This document shows positions 1-10,427 of a stretch of 63,245 nucleotides of DNA, piece after piece. How positions within the stretch are numbered: position 1 is the stretch's first letter; the number at the start of each line of letters is the position of its first letter. The translations under genes were made by a program, and so were the position numbers. The notes below the pieces were generated by a model that was given only the letters and a program-made list of their open reading frames with translations, made no database searches and was not told the DNA's origin. Source of the stretch: a candidate division WOR-3 bacterium (GTDB lineage Bacteria > Hydrothermota > Hydrothermia > LBFQ01); contig JALUCS010000007.1 in the NCBI GenBank assembly GCA_027050205.1, positions 458 through 63,702 on the forward strand, given 5' to 3'.

Positions 1-671
1 AACGGGCTGGCGGACGGCGTATGAAGAGAGGTACCAAATCTACCTTGTGGAATTTGAACGCGGTAGAACGTAATAGGGTTAAGCGGGCGGGTAGAAATGT
101 CCCAAATCTACCTTGTGGAATTTGAACACGACTATGAGGTGGAGGTCATAACGGACCTCCGCAGTCCCAAATCTACCTTGTGGAATTTGAACCGGGGAAT
201 TGGGGGAAGTAGCGGCGTAGTTCCCCTATGGTCCCAAATCTACCTTGTGGAATTTGAACATACTCCGAGCTACTCGTCGAACCCTCCGTATTATGTGTCC
301 CAAATCTACCTTGTGGAATTTGAACCCACACGAACGGGCTGGCGGACGGCGTATGAAGAGAGGTACCAAATCTACCTTGTGGAATTTGAACGCGGTAGAA
401 CGTAATAGGGTTAAGCGGGCGGGTAGAAATGTCCCAAATCTACCTTGTGGAATTTGAACCGGGGCGAGACAGCCGGGACGGAGAAATGGGGGTTGAGTCC
501 GAAATCTACCTTGTGGAATTTGAACTCGTCTTAGGTGTGGGTGGTGATGGACAGTTCCTGTAGTCCGAAATCTACCTTGTGGAATCTAAACCAAGTGTGT
601 TGTCTTTCTAAAGTACGAAATTTGAACGTTTCTTCATTACATTTCCCATATCTACCCTGTGAAACTTGACA
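1..671 (+). CRISPR. CRISPR array (trailer end), consensus repeat GTCCCAAATCTACCTTGTGGAATTTGAAC (29 bp)
   Basis: Repeats at 31, 99, 164, 231, 297, 363, 431, 497 and 563 (the last degenerate), plus a decayed copy at 643-671. Spacers are 36-39 bp. Degeneration towards the right implies the leader lies left of the window. No cas genes in the window. Confidence 0.97.
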
Positions 672-792
672 CTTTCAGTTTCAGATAGCCATTAAACAGA
701 AAATTTGACACTTTAAGGCTTCTAAACTAATACACAAACTTTCTTACAAACTCCCCGTACGATCTCCTACCGTCCTTGGAACCGTGGCCTCC

Positions 793-1905
793 CTATAGGA
801 CCTCCTCCAAAGGCGTGTACTCCAGTCCGAAGGCCTCGGCTACCGCTTTGTGCGTTACTTTACCGAAGACCAGATTTACGCCCCTCGCCAGAGCCTTATC
901 CTGTCTTACAGCCTCCTTCCATCCGAGGTCGGCTAGCTTTATGACGTAGGAGAGGGTGGAGTTGGTAAGGGCGAAGGTGCTGGTACGGGGTACGGCTCCG
1001 GGCATGTTGGCCACGCAGTAATGCACCACCCCCTCGGCTACGAAAACGGGGTTGTCGTGGGTGGTGGGCCTTGAGAACTCGGATATACCGCCTTGGTCTA
1101 TGGAGACGTCTACCAAGACCGCCCCCTCCTTCATACCGGCGAGGATGTCCTTGGTCAGGAGTTTGGGGGCGCGGGCGCCGGGACGCAGGACGGCCCCTAT
1201 TACGAGGTCGGCGTTCTTTACGGCCTCCCGGAGGGTGTATTCGGTGGAGAAGAGGGTCTTGACGTTGGCGGGTATTATCTCCTCCGCCAGGCGCATCTTC
1301 TGGACGTTTATGTCCATTAAGGTCACGTCCGCACCCATACCGGCGGCCACCATCGTGGCGCTCATACCCACAGACCCCGCCCCTATCACCACCACCTTGG
1401 CCGGCGGGACACCGGGAACACCTCCGAGGAGAACTCCCAGGCCTCCGAAGGGCTTCTCAAGGTACTTGGCACCCTCCTGTGGGGCCATCTTGCCGGCTAT
1501 CTCGCTCATGGGGGCCAGGAGGGGGAGGAAGCCGTCGTCCGTCTCCACCGTCTCGTAGGCTATGCCCACGATCTTCCTCTCCATCAACGCCCTCGTGAGG
1601 TTCTCGTCGGCGGCGAGGTGCAGGTAGGTGAATAGGACCTGCCCTTCACGAAGGAGGGGGAACTCCTTCGGCTGCGGCTCCTTAACCTTCACTATCATCT
1701 CCGCCCTCTCATACACTTCCTCAAGGCTATCCACCAGCTCCGCCCCCGCTCCGGCGTAATCCTCATCCGTAAGACCGGCGCCGAGACCGGCCGTCCTCTG
1801 CACTATCACCTTATGGCCACGACGGGTCAGCTCCCGGACCCCGGCCGGTGTCATGGCAACCCTGTACTCTTCCTTCTTTATCTCTTTCGGAACGCCTATT
1901 ACCAT
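793..1905 (-). CDS. ald: Alanine dehydrogenase
   Basis: [15 protein letters not shown] start, [26 protein letters not shown] and [15 protein letters not shown] motifs. Confidence 0.97.
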   Translation of the reverse strand: MVIGVPKEIKKEEYRVAMTPAGVRELTRRGHKVIVQRTAGLGAGLTDEDYAGAGAELVDSLEEVYERAEMIVKVKEPQPKEFPLLREGQVLFTYLHLAADENLTRALMERKIVGIAYETVETDDGFLPLLAPMSEIAGKMAPQEGAKYLEKPFGGLGVLLGGVPGVPPAKVVVIGAGSVGMSATMVAAGMGADVTLMDINVQKMRLAEEIIPANVKTLFSTEYTLREAVKNADLVIGAVLRPGARAPKLLTKDILAGMKEGAVLVDVSIDQGGISEFSRPTTHDNPVFVAEGVVHYCVANMPGAVPRTSTFALTNSTLSYVIKLADLGWKEAVRQDKALARGVNLVFGKVTHKAVAEAFGLEYTPLEEVL

Positions 1906-1944
1906 AGGACTCCATTCTAAAGGTGGGGGAGCCTCGCCGTCCCT

Positions 1945-4062
1945 TTACCTGACGATAACTTTTAAGGTTTTACCGGCGCTCCGGACGAAGTACACACCGG
2001 CCGGTAGTTTCAGCGGCACCCTGACCCACCCTACGGACACACCGAGTTCCCTACGCATGACCAACCTTCCGGAGGGGTCGTAGACCTTTAGGGTTAGAGG
2101 CGTAGGAGAAGGGACCTTTACAACCACCACCCCGTCCTCGTAGGACAGGCTGGCCTCCCCTCTCTCCTCCCTCTCGTCGTATCCCACCGGACAGTTTAGG
2201 GTGGTGTCCCTCTGGTAGAGGATGGCGTCGGCTATCACCACGCTGCCGTCGGGGGCATCGTCGTACATCACTACGGCGAAGGTGTCGGTGCATACCGTGT
2301 CAAGGAAGATCCAACCTGTATCCGAGGACGAAGAGTACTGGCTGATGTATGAGTCCTTCCACGCTCCACCCTCGTAAATCCTGTAATGGACGGAGGTACT
2401 ACGGTTGGAGCCTCGCCTAACCCACGCATAGACCCTGTACCCGGAGTAGCATCCGAGAGCCGCCGTCCAGACGGAAGAGTCGGGGGAACCTCCGACGTCG
2501 GCGTACCGGTAATCCCCGTTAAAGCCGCTGTAGGAGCTTAGGGTCCAAGTACCGAAGCCCGACCATCCGGCGTCGCCGTCGTCTATGATCTTGTCGCCAC
2601 ATAGGGCGCTACCCCTCCAAGACCATCTGATGGCGTCAAAGGCTATCCTGTCTCCGCTCGTCGTGGAAGAGTCAAGAAGAATTACGTAGCCGGAGGAACC
2701 GGCGTCAAAGTTGTAGGTGCCGAGGCTTACCCACTCGGAGGAGTAGTTGCCCTGGTCTATCCAGACGGTATCCGTCCCGTCCGAATGATGGATAACGTAA
2801 GGCACGTACGCATCGTACGCCGTATCTGCCGGGATGTAGGCGAAGACCTCGTAAGGGCCAGTGTAGGGGAGGTTGGGGGTCCACTTCGCCCAATTGGCCA
2901 CCCCACCCCAGGACCCCGTACGCCAGAGATGTCCGTAGGGGCCGTAGCCGTCAGCCGAGTCGTAGTACCAGTACTGGCTGGGTCCGTACTTCCGGAAGCC
3001 GGTACTCAACTCGTCCACGAGTGTGTCGGCGGAGGGCAGCCCCCTGACGAGGGTTATGTAGTATGCCCAATCCCAGTAGGGGCCGGGGTCGGTGTGAGAG
3101 GAGCCCGGAACCTCCACGTGGCCTATGATGTTCGTCCTGTCCTTGGGGAAACCGAAGGTGTTGGAGGCCATACGGGTGATATAGGCCGACTTACGGTAAA
3201 GGGTGTCGGTGTACCAACCGTTCTCGTCTATGTAGCCCTCATGCTCTATGCCGATTGAATGGGTATTGTAGGTCCAGTTCCCGGCGTGCCAGGCTATGTC
3301 CTTATGGCACACCATCTGGGTGGCCTCACCAAGGGGGGCGCCGTCCGAAGGGTTGTACTCCGAGTTCACCACGTAGTGGGCGGAGACGTTGGCGGAGGAG
3401 TTCTGAAACCAAGATATGGCCCCGTAGTAGGTCCCTTGGGTAGTGTGGATTATGACGTAATCTATGGAGTAGTCGGAGGGCCTGTTGGCCGAGGTATAGT
3501 TGGAGGGGTCTGCTGCAGCCCACCTCTCCACCAGCGGGAACTCCGGCCCCGGAGGGCAGGACTGGAGGCCAACATCAGACTCTTCCATCAGGTACTTCGG
3601 TACCTCAACTTCGGGATGGGGAGGAACGCCGAGAATCGGGAACTTAAGGCCTGTCTTATACAACAGGAGTACGTCCCTCGCAAACATCTTCTCGGCCCCC
3701 GGTGGGGCGTACATCTGGAGAGCGCAGGCGAGGTCCCCCCCGCACCTCTCAAGGTAGGACTTCAAAAGGAGGGCACCGGCAAGGATACCCGCCCTATCGT
3801 TCCCCACCATATCCTCCCTGGGGATCCCCGAAACCTTTTCCGCCTCCGCTACCTTGAATATACCCATAACCCCGTACTGGGGGAGGGCCTCGGCGTCGGG
3901 ACGGGGCCTGGCCCTGTGGAAACGGGTTAGCCGGTAGGAGATGACCTTGAGTAGTCGGGCGTCTATGCCCGTTCTCCTCTCGGCCTCAAGGAAGTACGTG
4001 TGCAACCTCTCCAACCTCTCCACCTCAACCCGTGAAGGTCCGCTCAAAAGAAAAAGCAGCAT
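1945..4062 (-). CDS. Secreted N-acetylmuramoyl-L-alanine amidase (Amidase_2) with accessory beta-sandwich domains and T9SS-like C-terminal domain
   Basis: IIHTT, SAHY, AWHAG, SIGIEHEG and HTDPG motifs; tail VYDPSGRLV..LPAGVYFV..KVIVR. Start moved to ATG 4062 (TATAAT 9 nt upstream; avoids overlap with nuoN). Confidence 0.85.
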   Translation of the reverse strand: MLLFLLSGPSRVEVERLERLHTYFLEAERRTGIDARLLKVISYRLTRFHRARPRPDAEALPQYGVMGIFKVAEAEKVSGIPREDMVGNDRAGILAGALLLKSYLERCGGDLACALQMYAPPGAEKMFARDVLLLYKTGLKFPILGVPPHPEVEVPKYLMEESDVGLQSCPPGPEFPLVERWAAADPSNYTSANRPSDYSIDYVIIHTTQGTYYGAISWFQNSSANVSAHYVVNSEYNPSDGAPLGEATQMVCHKDIAWHAGNWTYNTHSIGIEHEGYIDENGWYTDTLYRKSAYITRMASNTFGFPKDRTNIIGHVEVPGSSHTDPGPYWDWAYYITLVRGLPSADTLVDELSTGFRKYGPSQYWYYDSADGYGPYGHLWRTGSWGGVANWAKWTPNLPYTGPYEVFAYIPADTAYDAYVPYVIHHSDGTDTVWIDQGNYSSEWVSLGTYNFDAGSSGYVILLDSSTTSGDRIAFDAIRWSWRGSALCGDKIIDDGDAGWSGFGTWTLSSYSGFNGDYRYADVGGSPDSSVWTAALGCYSGYRVYAWVRRGSNRSTSVHYRIYEGGAWKDSYISQYSSSSDTGWIFLDTVCTDTFAVVMYDDAPDGSVVIADAILYQRDTTLNCPVGYDEREERGEASLSYEDGVVVVKVPSPTPLTLKVYDPSGRLVMRRELGVSVGWVRVPLKLPAGVYFVRSAGKTLKVIVR

Positions 4063-4162
4063 AACGATGCCATTATAAGGTCGCCCCATCCCCTGTGGTC
4101 GTGGGCTTCTGTGTCGTTTTTCGCCCTTTCCCTCCCCCTCTTCCAGACTATAATGCCCACCT

Positions 4163-5566
4163 ATGGAGCTGGCAAAGAGCCTTTCTCTCATCGTCCCGGA
4201 ACTTACGGTCTCCATCGGGGTAATCCTGGTGCTTCTGTTGGACGTGGTAATACGAAAAGAAAAGTGGATAGTCGGGTTTCTCTCCCTCTCCTTCATTCTG
4301 GGGGCGGGGGTTCTGGCCTACCTAAGGGTAGGGGTGTCCGGTGAGGCCTTCGGTATGCTCCTCGTATCCCCCCTCTCGCGGGCCTTTGACCTGGCCATTC
4401 TCCTTGGGGCAGCCCTTACGACCCTCATAGCTTGGGAGAAGAAGGGGGAACATCACTTCCTCGTCCTATCCGCCGTCTTGGGGGCTATGGTGTTGGTGAA
4501 GTCCGTCCACTTCATTTCCTTCCTCCTCGCCCTTGAGCTTTTCTCGTTTGCAATAATAGGACAGATAGCCCTCACCGACGAGAGGTTAGGGGTGGAGGCG
4601 GCGATGAAGTTCTTCGTCCTATCGGTCCTGGCCTCCACCTTCATCGTTATGGGGGCTGCCTTCCTTTATGCCATATACGGCTCCTTCTACTTCCCCGTGG
4701 CCTACCTTAGCGACATATTTGAGCTTAAGTCCCTTAGCAACTCCCTCCTCTTCATCCTCGCCTTCGTCCTCATCATCACTGGCATGGGCTTCAAACTCTC
4801 CGCCGTACCCTTCCACTTCTGGACCCCGGAGGTCTTCCGCGGCGCCCACTCCGCCGTAGCCGGCTTCATAGCGACGGTTTCCAAGGCCTCCGCCTTCGGG
4901 TTTCTGGTCAACCTACTCTTCATAACCTTCGGCAGGCAGAGCGCCCTGTGGGGGGACCTCCTGATGTGGCTCGGCGCCATCACTATGATAGTGGGTAACC
5001 TCGCCGCCCTCGGTGAGAGGGACATAAAGCGGATGTTGGGGTACTCCACCATAGCCCACGCCGGATACATCCTCCTCGCCTTCGGTGTAGGCACCAACGA
5101 GAGCGTAGGGGCGGCCATCTTCTACCTCATCATATACACCATAATGACCCTCGGAGCTTTCGCCGTGGTGCATTCGGTAGGTGAGGGCAGGAGCGACCTC
5201 AACTACTACCGGGGCCTCCTGAAGACCAACCCCTTCCAGACGGTTATGCTAACGGTCTTCCTCGTTTCTTTGGCGGGGATACCTCCGACGGCCGGCTTCG
5301 CCGGTAAGTTCTACCTCTTCTCCTCCGTCCTCAAGGCCGGTGAGGTTGGCTTCGTGGTGTGGGCGTTGATAAACGGCGTAATCTCGGCCTTCTACTACAT
5401 GAGGCCGGTCTTCTACGCCCTCGGCTTTGAGCCGGAGACCGTCTTTGAGGCCAAACTGCGTCCGGCCCTCTTCCTCGTCCTCATCGTCAGCCTGATAGGG
5501 GTCTTCTACTTCGGCCTCGCACCGAGCGGTCTCTTGGAGTTCGCCCAAGCGGTCGTTTCACCGTAA
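4163..5566 (+). CDS. nuoN: NADH-quinone oxidoreductase subunit N
   Basis: Multi-TM protein; EAAMKFF, FKLSAVPFHFWTPEV, KRMLGYSTIAHAGY and SLAGIPPTAGFAGK motifs. Confidence 0.93.
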   Translation: MELAKSLSLIVPELTVSIGVILVLLLDVVIRKEKWIVGFLSLSFILGAGVLAYLRVGVSGEAFGMLLVSPLSRAFDLAILLGAALTTLIAWEKKGEHHFLVLSAVLGAMVLVKSVHFISFLLALELFSFAIIGQIALTDERLGVEAAMKFFVLSVLASTFIVMGAAFLYAIYGSFYFPVAYLSDIFELKSLSNSLLFILAFVLIITGMGFKLSAVPFHFWTPEVFRGAHSAVAGFIATVSKASAFGFLVNLLFITFGRQSALWGDLLMWLGAITMIVGNLAALGERDIKRMLGYSTIAHAGYILLAFGVGTNESVGAAIFYLIIYTIMTLGAFAVVHSVGEGRSDLNYYRGLLKTNPFQTVMLTVFLVSLAGIPPTAGFAGKFYLFSSVLKAGEVGFVVWALINGVISAFYYMRPVFYALGFEPETVFEAKLRPALFLVLIVSLIGVFYFGLAPSGLLEFAQAVVSP

Positions 5567-6246
5567 TGTGGCCCTTCAAAGGTAAGGGGACCTGGCTCCT
5601 CTACGACCCCGACCGCCTCTCACCGAAGGCCTTCTTGGCTCGCTACCGGGACCTCGCCGGAAAGGTGGACGTCAAGGCCGTTCTGGTTGGCACGAGCTTC
5701 CTTGAGGGAGACATATGTAGGTCGGTTGAAGAGCTGAAAGAAGGGTTGGACGTTCCGCTCCTCCTCTTCCCCGGCTCCCACTACCAACTCTGTCCCCACT
5801 ACGACTACGTCCTCTTCCTGTCCCTACTCTCCGGGCGTAATCCGGAGTACCTCATAGGGGAACAGGTCAAGGCCGCACCTACCATCAAACGCCTTGGGTT
5901 GAAGGTGATACCGACGGCCTACCTCCTCATAGACGGCGGCACCTACACGGCTACGGAGTTCGTCAGCAACACCAAGCCGATACCGAGGGAGAAGACCGAA
6001 CTCATCCTCGCCCACGCCCTTGCGGCCAAATACCTCGGTTTCACGGCCGTATATCTGGAAGCGGGGTCGGGGGCCATCCTTAGCGTACCCCTAAAGGCCG
6101 TTGAGGTGGTAAAGCGGGAGGTAGGCCTACCTCTCATCGTAGGTGGGGGGATACGCTCCAAGGAGGAGGTTGAGGAGTACCTCAACAGGGGAGCGGACGT
6201 CGTAGTCATAGGGACGGCCGTTGAGGACGGAGACCTGTCCCTATGA
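5566..6246 (+). CDS. Geranylgeranylglyceryl phosphate synthase family (GGGPS/PcrB, group II-like)
   Basis: LYDPD, LFPGS, SLLSGRNPEYLIGEQV, YLEAGSGA, VGGGIRS and VVIGT motifs. Confidence 0.9.
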   Translation: MWPFKGKGTWLLYDPDRLSPKAFLARYRDLAGKVDVKAVLVGTSFLEGDICRSVEELKEGLDVPLLLFPGSHYQLCPHYDYVLFLSLLSGRNPEYLIGEQVKAAPTIKRLGLKVIPTAYLLIDGGTYTATEFVSNTKPIPREKTELILAHALAAKYLGFTAVYLEAGSGAILSVPLKAVEVVKREVGLPLIVGGGIRSKEEVEEYLNRGADVVVIGTAVEDGDLSL

Positions 6247-7026
6247 TCAGCCGAGGAGTACGTCCAGAAGGAGCATTATTACGGCCCCGATCATAACTCC
6301 CCACGTGGCTACCCTCTCGTGTCCCTTGGCGTGGGTCTCCGGTATTATCTCGTCGCTGACGACGTAGAGCATAGCCCCGGCGGCGAAGCCCATGGCGTAG
6401 GGGAGGATGGGCTTCATGTAATAGACCGCAATCGCCCCCAAGAGGGCGAGGGGTATCTCCACCAGGCCCGACCTTATGCCCGTATAGGCGGCGTAGAAGG
6501 TACTTCCCAGACCGGCCGACATAGCAGCGAGGGAGACGGCGAGTCCCTCCGGAATGTTCTGGAAACCTATAGCCAGCATAACCTGAACGGCATCCTTGTA
6601 ATGGCCGGAACCGAAGGACACGCCTACGGCGAGACCCTCCGGCATGTTGTGCAGGGTTATCGCTATTATGAAGAGCCAAACCCCCTTTATCCGCCTCGCC
6701 CACTCCGCATCCACCTCCCCCTCCCTGATGGGGCCGTTGTTTCCGATGGGTAAGTGTTCGTGGGGGATGTAGTGGTCCGCAAGGTCCATAACCAAGGCCC
6801 CAAGCAGTATTCCCACCACGACCGGGAGGACACCCCCGTACTCAATGCCGGGCAGTATCAGGCTCGTGAAACTGGCCGTTATCATAACCCCGGCGGAGAA
6901 ACCGAGGGCGCCGTCCATCATCCTCTGGGAGGGATTCCGCCAGACGAGGACCAACAACGCACCCAACAGGTTTAGAAAGGAGGTAAAGGTACCTCCCAAC
7001 AGTGCCAGAAGTACGGGATTGTTCAT
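6247..7026 (-). CDS. ZIP family (GufA/ZupT) metal transporter
   Basis: AITLHNMPEGLAVG, QNIPEG and FAAGAMLYVV..EIIPE motifs. Confidence 0.93.
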   Translation of the reverse strand: MNNPVLLALLGGTFTSFLNLLGALLVLVWRNPSQRMMDGALGFSAGVMITASFTSLILPGIEYGGVLPVVVGILLGALVMDLADHYIPHEHLPIGNNGPIREGEVDAEWARRIKGVWLFIIAITLHNMPEGLAVGVSFGSGHYKDAVQVMLAIGFQNIPEGLAVSLAAMSAGLGSTFYAAYTGIRSGLVEIPLALLGAIAVYYMKPILPYAMGFAAGAMLYVVSDEIIPETHAKGHERVATWGVMIGAVIMLLLDVLLG

Positions 7027-7133
7027 AGGCTATTCTAAAGACGAACTGCAACGGAGGTCTATCGCCGTCGGTCTTCGGTGATGATGAATCGTCCTTTTGC
7101 GGTGTGATTCAAAATATTGCAGTAGGTCCAAAG

Positions 7134-7358
7134 GTATTGCACCGATGGGGTGAGGATCGTTCCGCAGTCCTATCAAACGGGGCAGTGAAATTTTAAAGAT
7201 GGACTTCAATTTACGAAAGTGAGCCTTTATGTTTCCTAAATAGGGACTAGCAGTTTCCTAAAGGGTAAGTTTCATATTTTGAAAGTGCGTTCGTCTTCCG
7301 TCAAACGCCGAATGGAACCCCAGACAACGGATAGGGATCCCTCTACCGGCTCAATACC
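7134..7358. repeat. Dispersed intergenic repeat, copy A
   Basis: Aligns by eye over ~210 bp with 15814-16023 (shared CCGATGGGGTGAG, GTGAAATTTTAAAG, TTTACGAAAGT, CCTTTATGTTTC, AAATAGGGA, ATCCCTCTACCGG). Confidence 0.85.
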
Positions 7359-7675
7359 GGAATCTAAGAGTTCCTTCCTCCTCCGCTCTTCGTTGAAGAA
7401 TTTGGCATTACGCCGATAGGGATCCGTCCCGTCCGTACCTTTCTGGTCTTTGGAAGTTTGGAACCGGGCTTCGGGAAGTACGACTGGTAGAAATCGGCAA
7501 TCCCGGTGAAGGCTGTATCACTCTTTTCCGAGTGCCGTCCCTTCCAAGGGTGTTGAAGGTGAGCGGTTTTGTAAAATAGGAGACCAGATTTTCCGAAGTC
7601 GGATTTGTAAGAACGGATCCGGAGGCGACCCCCTCCACTCTACGAATGGGGCCAACGTTCCACCCGAATAAAAAA

Positions 7676-7748
7676 TGGGGCCGGCAGGACTCGAACCTGC
7701 AACCCACGGATTATGAGTCCGCTGCTCTACCTATTGAGCTACGGCCCC
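7676..7748 (-). tRNA. tRNA with CAT anticodon (probably Ile2; elongator Met not excluded)
   Basis: GGGGCCG/CGGCCCC acceptor stem, TAGCTCAA D-arm, GCGGA-CTCATAA-TCCGT anticodon arm, GGTTCGAGTCC T-arm; CCA not encoded. Confidence 0.93.
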
Positions 7749-7789
7749 TTGAGGTGTATATTATATAGTGGAAGGGTGGGCCGTGTGGG

Positions 7790-8080
7790 TCACTTCTGAC
7801 GCCTCCGGGGTGCGAGGAGGCCAACGAGCTTGCTGACGACCGTCAGGAGGGAGAAGCCCTGTACCATCCTCTCAAGGGGCGTTAGGGTGCCTTCCAACCT
7901 CTCCGTCAGGCGGTTTATCCGCTTGAAGGTCTCCTCGGCGTCGTCTGCTATCCTCTCCATGGACAGTAGCATCCTGTCAAGGGTGAAGGAGATGCGTATC
8001 ACCAAGTACCAGACCGCACCTGCTATCGCTATCAGGGAAACGGAGGCGGAGATCATCAAAATCGCCGTCAGAATCTCCAT
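7790..8080 (-). CDS. Small membrane-anchored coiled-coil protein (DUF948-like)
   Basis: N-terminal TM helix followed by a helical region; ATG 8080 lies 8 nt after TAGAAT. Confidence 0.6.
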   Translation of the reverse strand: MEILTAILMISASVSLIAIAGAVWYLVIRISFTLDRMLLSMERIADDAEETFKRINRLTERLEGTLTPLERMVQGFSLLTVVSKLVGLLAPRRRQK

Positions 8081-8091
8081 ATTTGGCAATT

Positions 8092-9213
8092 CTACGGCTG
8101 CTCTTCCATCTCAAGTAGCCTCTCGTAGAGTTTCCTCTGCTCCTTACTCAACTTCGTGGGTACCTTTATGCGGGCCTTGACGAGGAGGTCCCCACCCTTG
8201 CCGCCCTTGGGGTCGGGTATCCCCCTGCCCTTGAGGCGGGCGAAGACCTCACCGTACTGGACCCCCTGCGGTACCTTCACCTTCACCCTCTCCCCCCGCG
8301 GGTCCGTTATCTCCACCTCGCCGCCCAAGACGGCCCTCGCCGGACTCAAATCCACCGTGAGGACTACGTCCCTCCCCTTCCTCTCGTACCGCGGGTCCGG
8401 TCTCTCCTTGACGTGTAGGACCAGCCTCCCGGTGCCGCCCCTCCCGACGTGGCCGGCGTTCCGGTATATGACCTTCTGTCCGGGCAGGACCCCGGCCGGT
8501 ATCGTGACCTCCCTCTCCACCTCCTCAACCTCGTAGCCGGAGCCTCCGCAGACCGGGCAGGTCTCCCCGCTTATCCCCGTCCCTCCGCAGTTCGGACAGG
8601 GCCTCTCAACCACCATCACGCCGAAGAAGCTCCTCCGGTGCTGCCTCACCCTGCCGGTACCACCGCACACCTGACAGGTCCTGGGGTTGAGTATCCCCTC
8701 CCCTCCGCACCTGTGGCACCGTACCTTCCTGCGGTACCTCACCCGGCGGGTGGTACCCATCACCATCTCCGGTACGGACAGCTCCACCTCAAGGTGTATG
8801 TCCAAGTCCTCCGGTCTCTCCCTCCGCTCCCTCCCTCTCCTCCTCCTGCCGAACACGTTCTCAAAGAAGTCTCCGAAGCCGAAGTCCCCGAAACCAAAGC
8901 CCTCGCCGAAGACGTTGCGGAGGATTTCCTCCAGGTCCATGTGCATAAAATCGTAGGCCGCCCCACCGCCCGGCACACCCCCCTCCGGGTCCATCCCCAT
9001 ATCGTAGAGCCTCCTCTTTTCGGGGTCGGATAGGACGGAGTAGGCTTCGCTTATCTCCTTGAACTTCCTCTCGGCCTCCTCCTTCTTCTCCGGAGGGACC
9101 CTGTCGGGGTGCCACTTCATCGCCAACTTGGCAAAGGCGGCGTCTATCTGCTCCTTGGTGGCGTTCCGGGGGACACCTAAGATCTCGTAGTAGTCCTTCT
9201 TCGTACCTCTCAC
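8092..9213 (-). CDS. dnaJ: Chaperone DnaJ
   Basis: J-domain (DYYEILGV, HPD), G/F region, four CxxCxGxG repeats, C-terminal GDLLV. Confidence 0.93.
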   Translation of the reverse strand: MRGTKKDYYEILGVPRNATKEQIDAAFAKLAMKWHPDRVPPEKKEEAERKFKEISEAYSVLSDPEKRRLYDMGMDPEGGVPGGGAAYDFMHMDLEEILRNVFGEGFGFGDFGFGDFFENVFGRRRRGRERRERPEDLDIHLEVELSVPEMVMGTTRRVRYRRKVRCHRCGGEGILNPRTCQVCGGTGRVRQHRRSFFGVMVVERPCPNCGGTGISGETCPVCGGSGYEVEEVEREVTIPAGVLPGQKVIYRNAGHVGRGGTGRLVLHVKERPDPRYERKGRDVVLTVDLSPARAVLGGEVEITDPRGERVKVKVPQGVQYGEVFARLKGRGIPDPKGGKGGDLLVKARIKVPTKLSKEQRKLYERLLEMEEQP

Positions 9214-9271
9214 GGGTGCGAATTTTAAAGTCGTATATTAAGCCCCCGTTTCGGCGGTAAAATTCCCGCCT

Positions 9272-10423
9272 ATGTTCTACACGAGCGTCTATATGAGCCT
9301 GCAACCCGACGACAGGGCGGATAGGCCACCCCGCTACCTGATCCGGATAAAGGATCTGATAAAGCGGTACAGGGAGTTCTTGAAGGAGAAGGGGGTGGAC
9401 CCCAAGCACCTGGAGAGCGTCTTTGAGGATTTCAGGAAGATAGAGGAGTTCTTTGAGGATCCCAAGAACCTTGAGAGCGACGAGGGGATCCCCGTCGGTG
9501 GGGTAGCCATCTTCTCCAAGAGCGATGAAGACTACTTTGAGGTGGTGAAGCTCGCCTACGTCTTGAGGAACGAGTTGGTGGTGGATATACATCCCTACAA
9601 GTTGGGGGTGTATGCCGTTGAGAGCGACTTCGGTAAGAACCTCGTCGCCAACGTCAGTAAGAGGGCCATAGACGTCTATATGGTGGATGCGAGGTCCATC
9701 CGCCACATCGTTGATAAGCTGGATATAGAGGAGGTGGCGGAGAAGCCGGGGGTCTTCAAGACCTCCGTCGCCGATATGCCCGTCTTTCGTACCCTCCGGG
9801 CCAAGAACGTTGAGGCCCTCAAGGCGGAGGAGGCCAACAGGGTGGCGAAGGCCGTCGCCGACTACCTCTTCCAGCTCTACAAGAAGGAGCCTTACGACAA
9901 CCTCTTCCTCTCCTCCCCCAACGAGAAGATGGTCCCCCTGATCCTTGAGAAGTTGCACACCTACGTAAGGAGGACCTTCAGGGCGGAGCTGCAGCTCTCC
10001 TGGCCCACCAACAAGAACGAGGTGTATAGGGCGGTGATAGATAAGACCAGAGAGCTGGATGTAGAGGACGAAAAGAACCTCCTGAAGCGGTTCAACGAGG
10101 CCCTCGGTCTGGAGATGGCCGTCAGGGGTCTAAGGCCCGCCGTCCTCCTCGCCCTTATGGGCAACGTGGATACCCTGATAGTGGACCCCGACTTCTCCCG
10201 CGAGGGGTTCATATGCCACCCCTCCGGCTACTTCTCCTTTGAGGGCGAATGCCCGGCCGATACGGACGTTGTTGTACCCACGCCCGACATAACCGACAAG
10301 CTGGTAGAGGAGGTCCTGCGGATGGGCGGCAGGGTTGAGGTCGCCAACACCGACGGGCTGCGGGATGCCATAGACCGCAGCGTAGGGGCGATAATGCGCT
10401 GGAAGATGGAGGTACAGGTGTAG
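9272..10423 (+). CDS. aRF1/eRF1/Pelota-like bacterial protein (baeRF1 family), no GGQ motif
   Basis: GVAIFS segment; L7Ae-like C-terminal domain ([38 protein letters not shown]). Confidence 0.72.
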   Translation: MFYTSVYMSLQPDDRADRPPRYLIRIKDLIKRYREFLKEKGVDPKHLESVFEDFRKIEEFFEDPKNLESDEGIPVGGVAIFSKSDEDYFEVVKLAYVLRNELVVDIHPYKLGVYAVESDFGKNLVANVSKRAIDVYMVDARSIRHIVDKLDIEEVAEKPGVFKTSVADMPVFRTLRAKNVEALKAEEANRVAKAVADYLFQLYKKEPYDNLFLSSPNEKMVPLILEKLHTYVRRTFRAELQLSWPTNKNEVYRAVIDKTRELDVEDEKNLLKRFNEALGLEMAVRGLRPAVLLALMGNVDTLIVDPDFSREGFICHPSGYFSFEGECPADTDVVVPTPDITDKLVEEVLRMGGRVEVANTDGLRDAIDRSVGAIMRWKMEVQV

Positions 10424-10427
10424 GGCC

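Noticed and set aside
128..163. Spacer resembling dnaJ near 8300-8320 (possible self-targeting)
   Set aside because: Only two short blocks match, separated by a gap, which is consistent with chance.
97..457. ORFs 97..405 and 245..457 with repeated peptides
   Set aside because: They are translations of CRISPR repeats and spacers.
4063..4296. N-terminal extension of the amidase ORF
   Set aside because: It overlaps nuoN and the divergent promoters; the -10 box supports ATG 4062.
7408..7707. 99-aa ORF overlapping the tRNA
   Set aside because: It starts inside the tRNA gene and has atypical composition.
7676..7748. tRNA as an integration site for an island
   Set aside because: No integrase or duplicated tRNA 3' end was seen in the window.
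8861..9958. 365-aa antisense ORF, and similar ones such as 35467..36591
   Set aside because: These are shadow ORFs opposite well-supported genes, caused by GC-rich codon bias.
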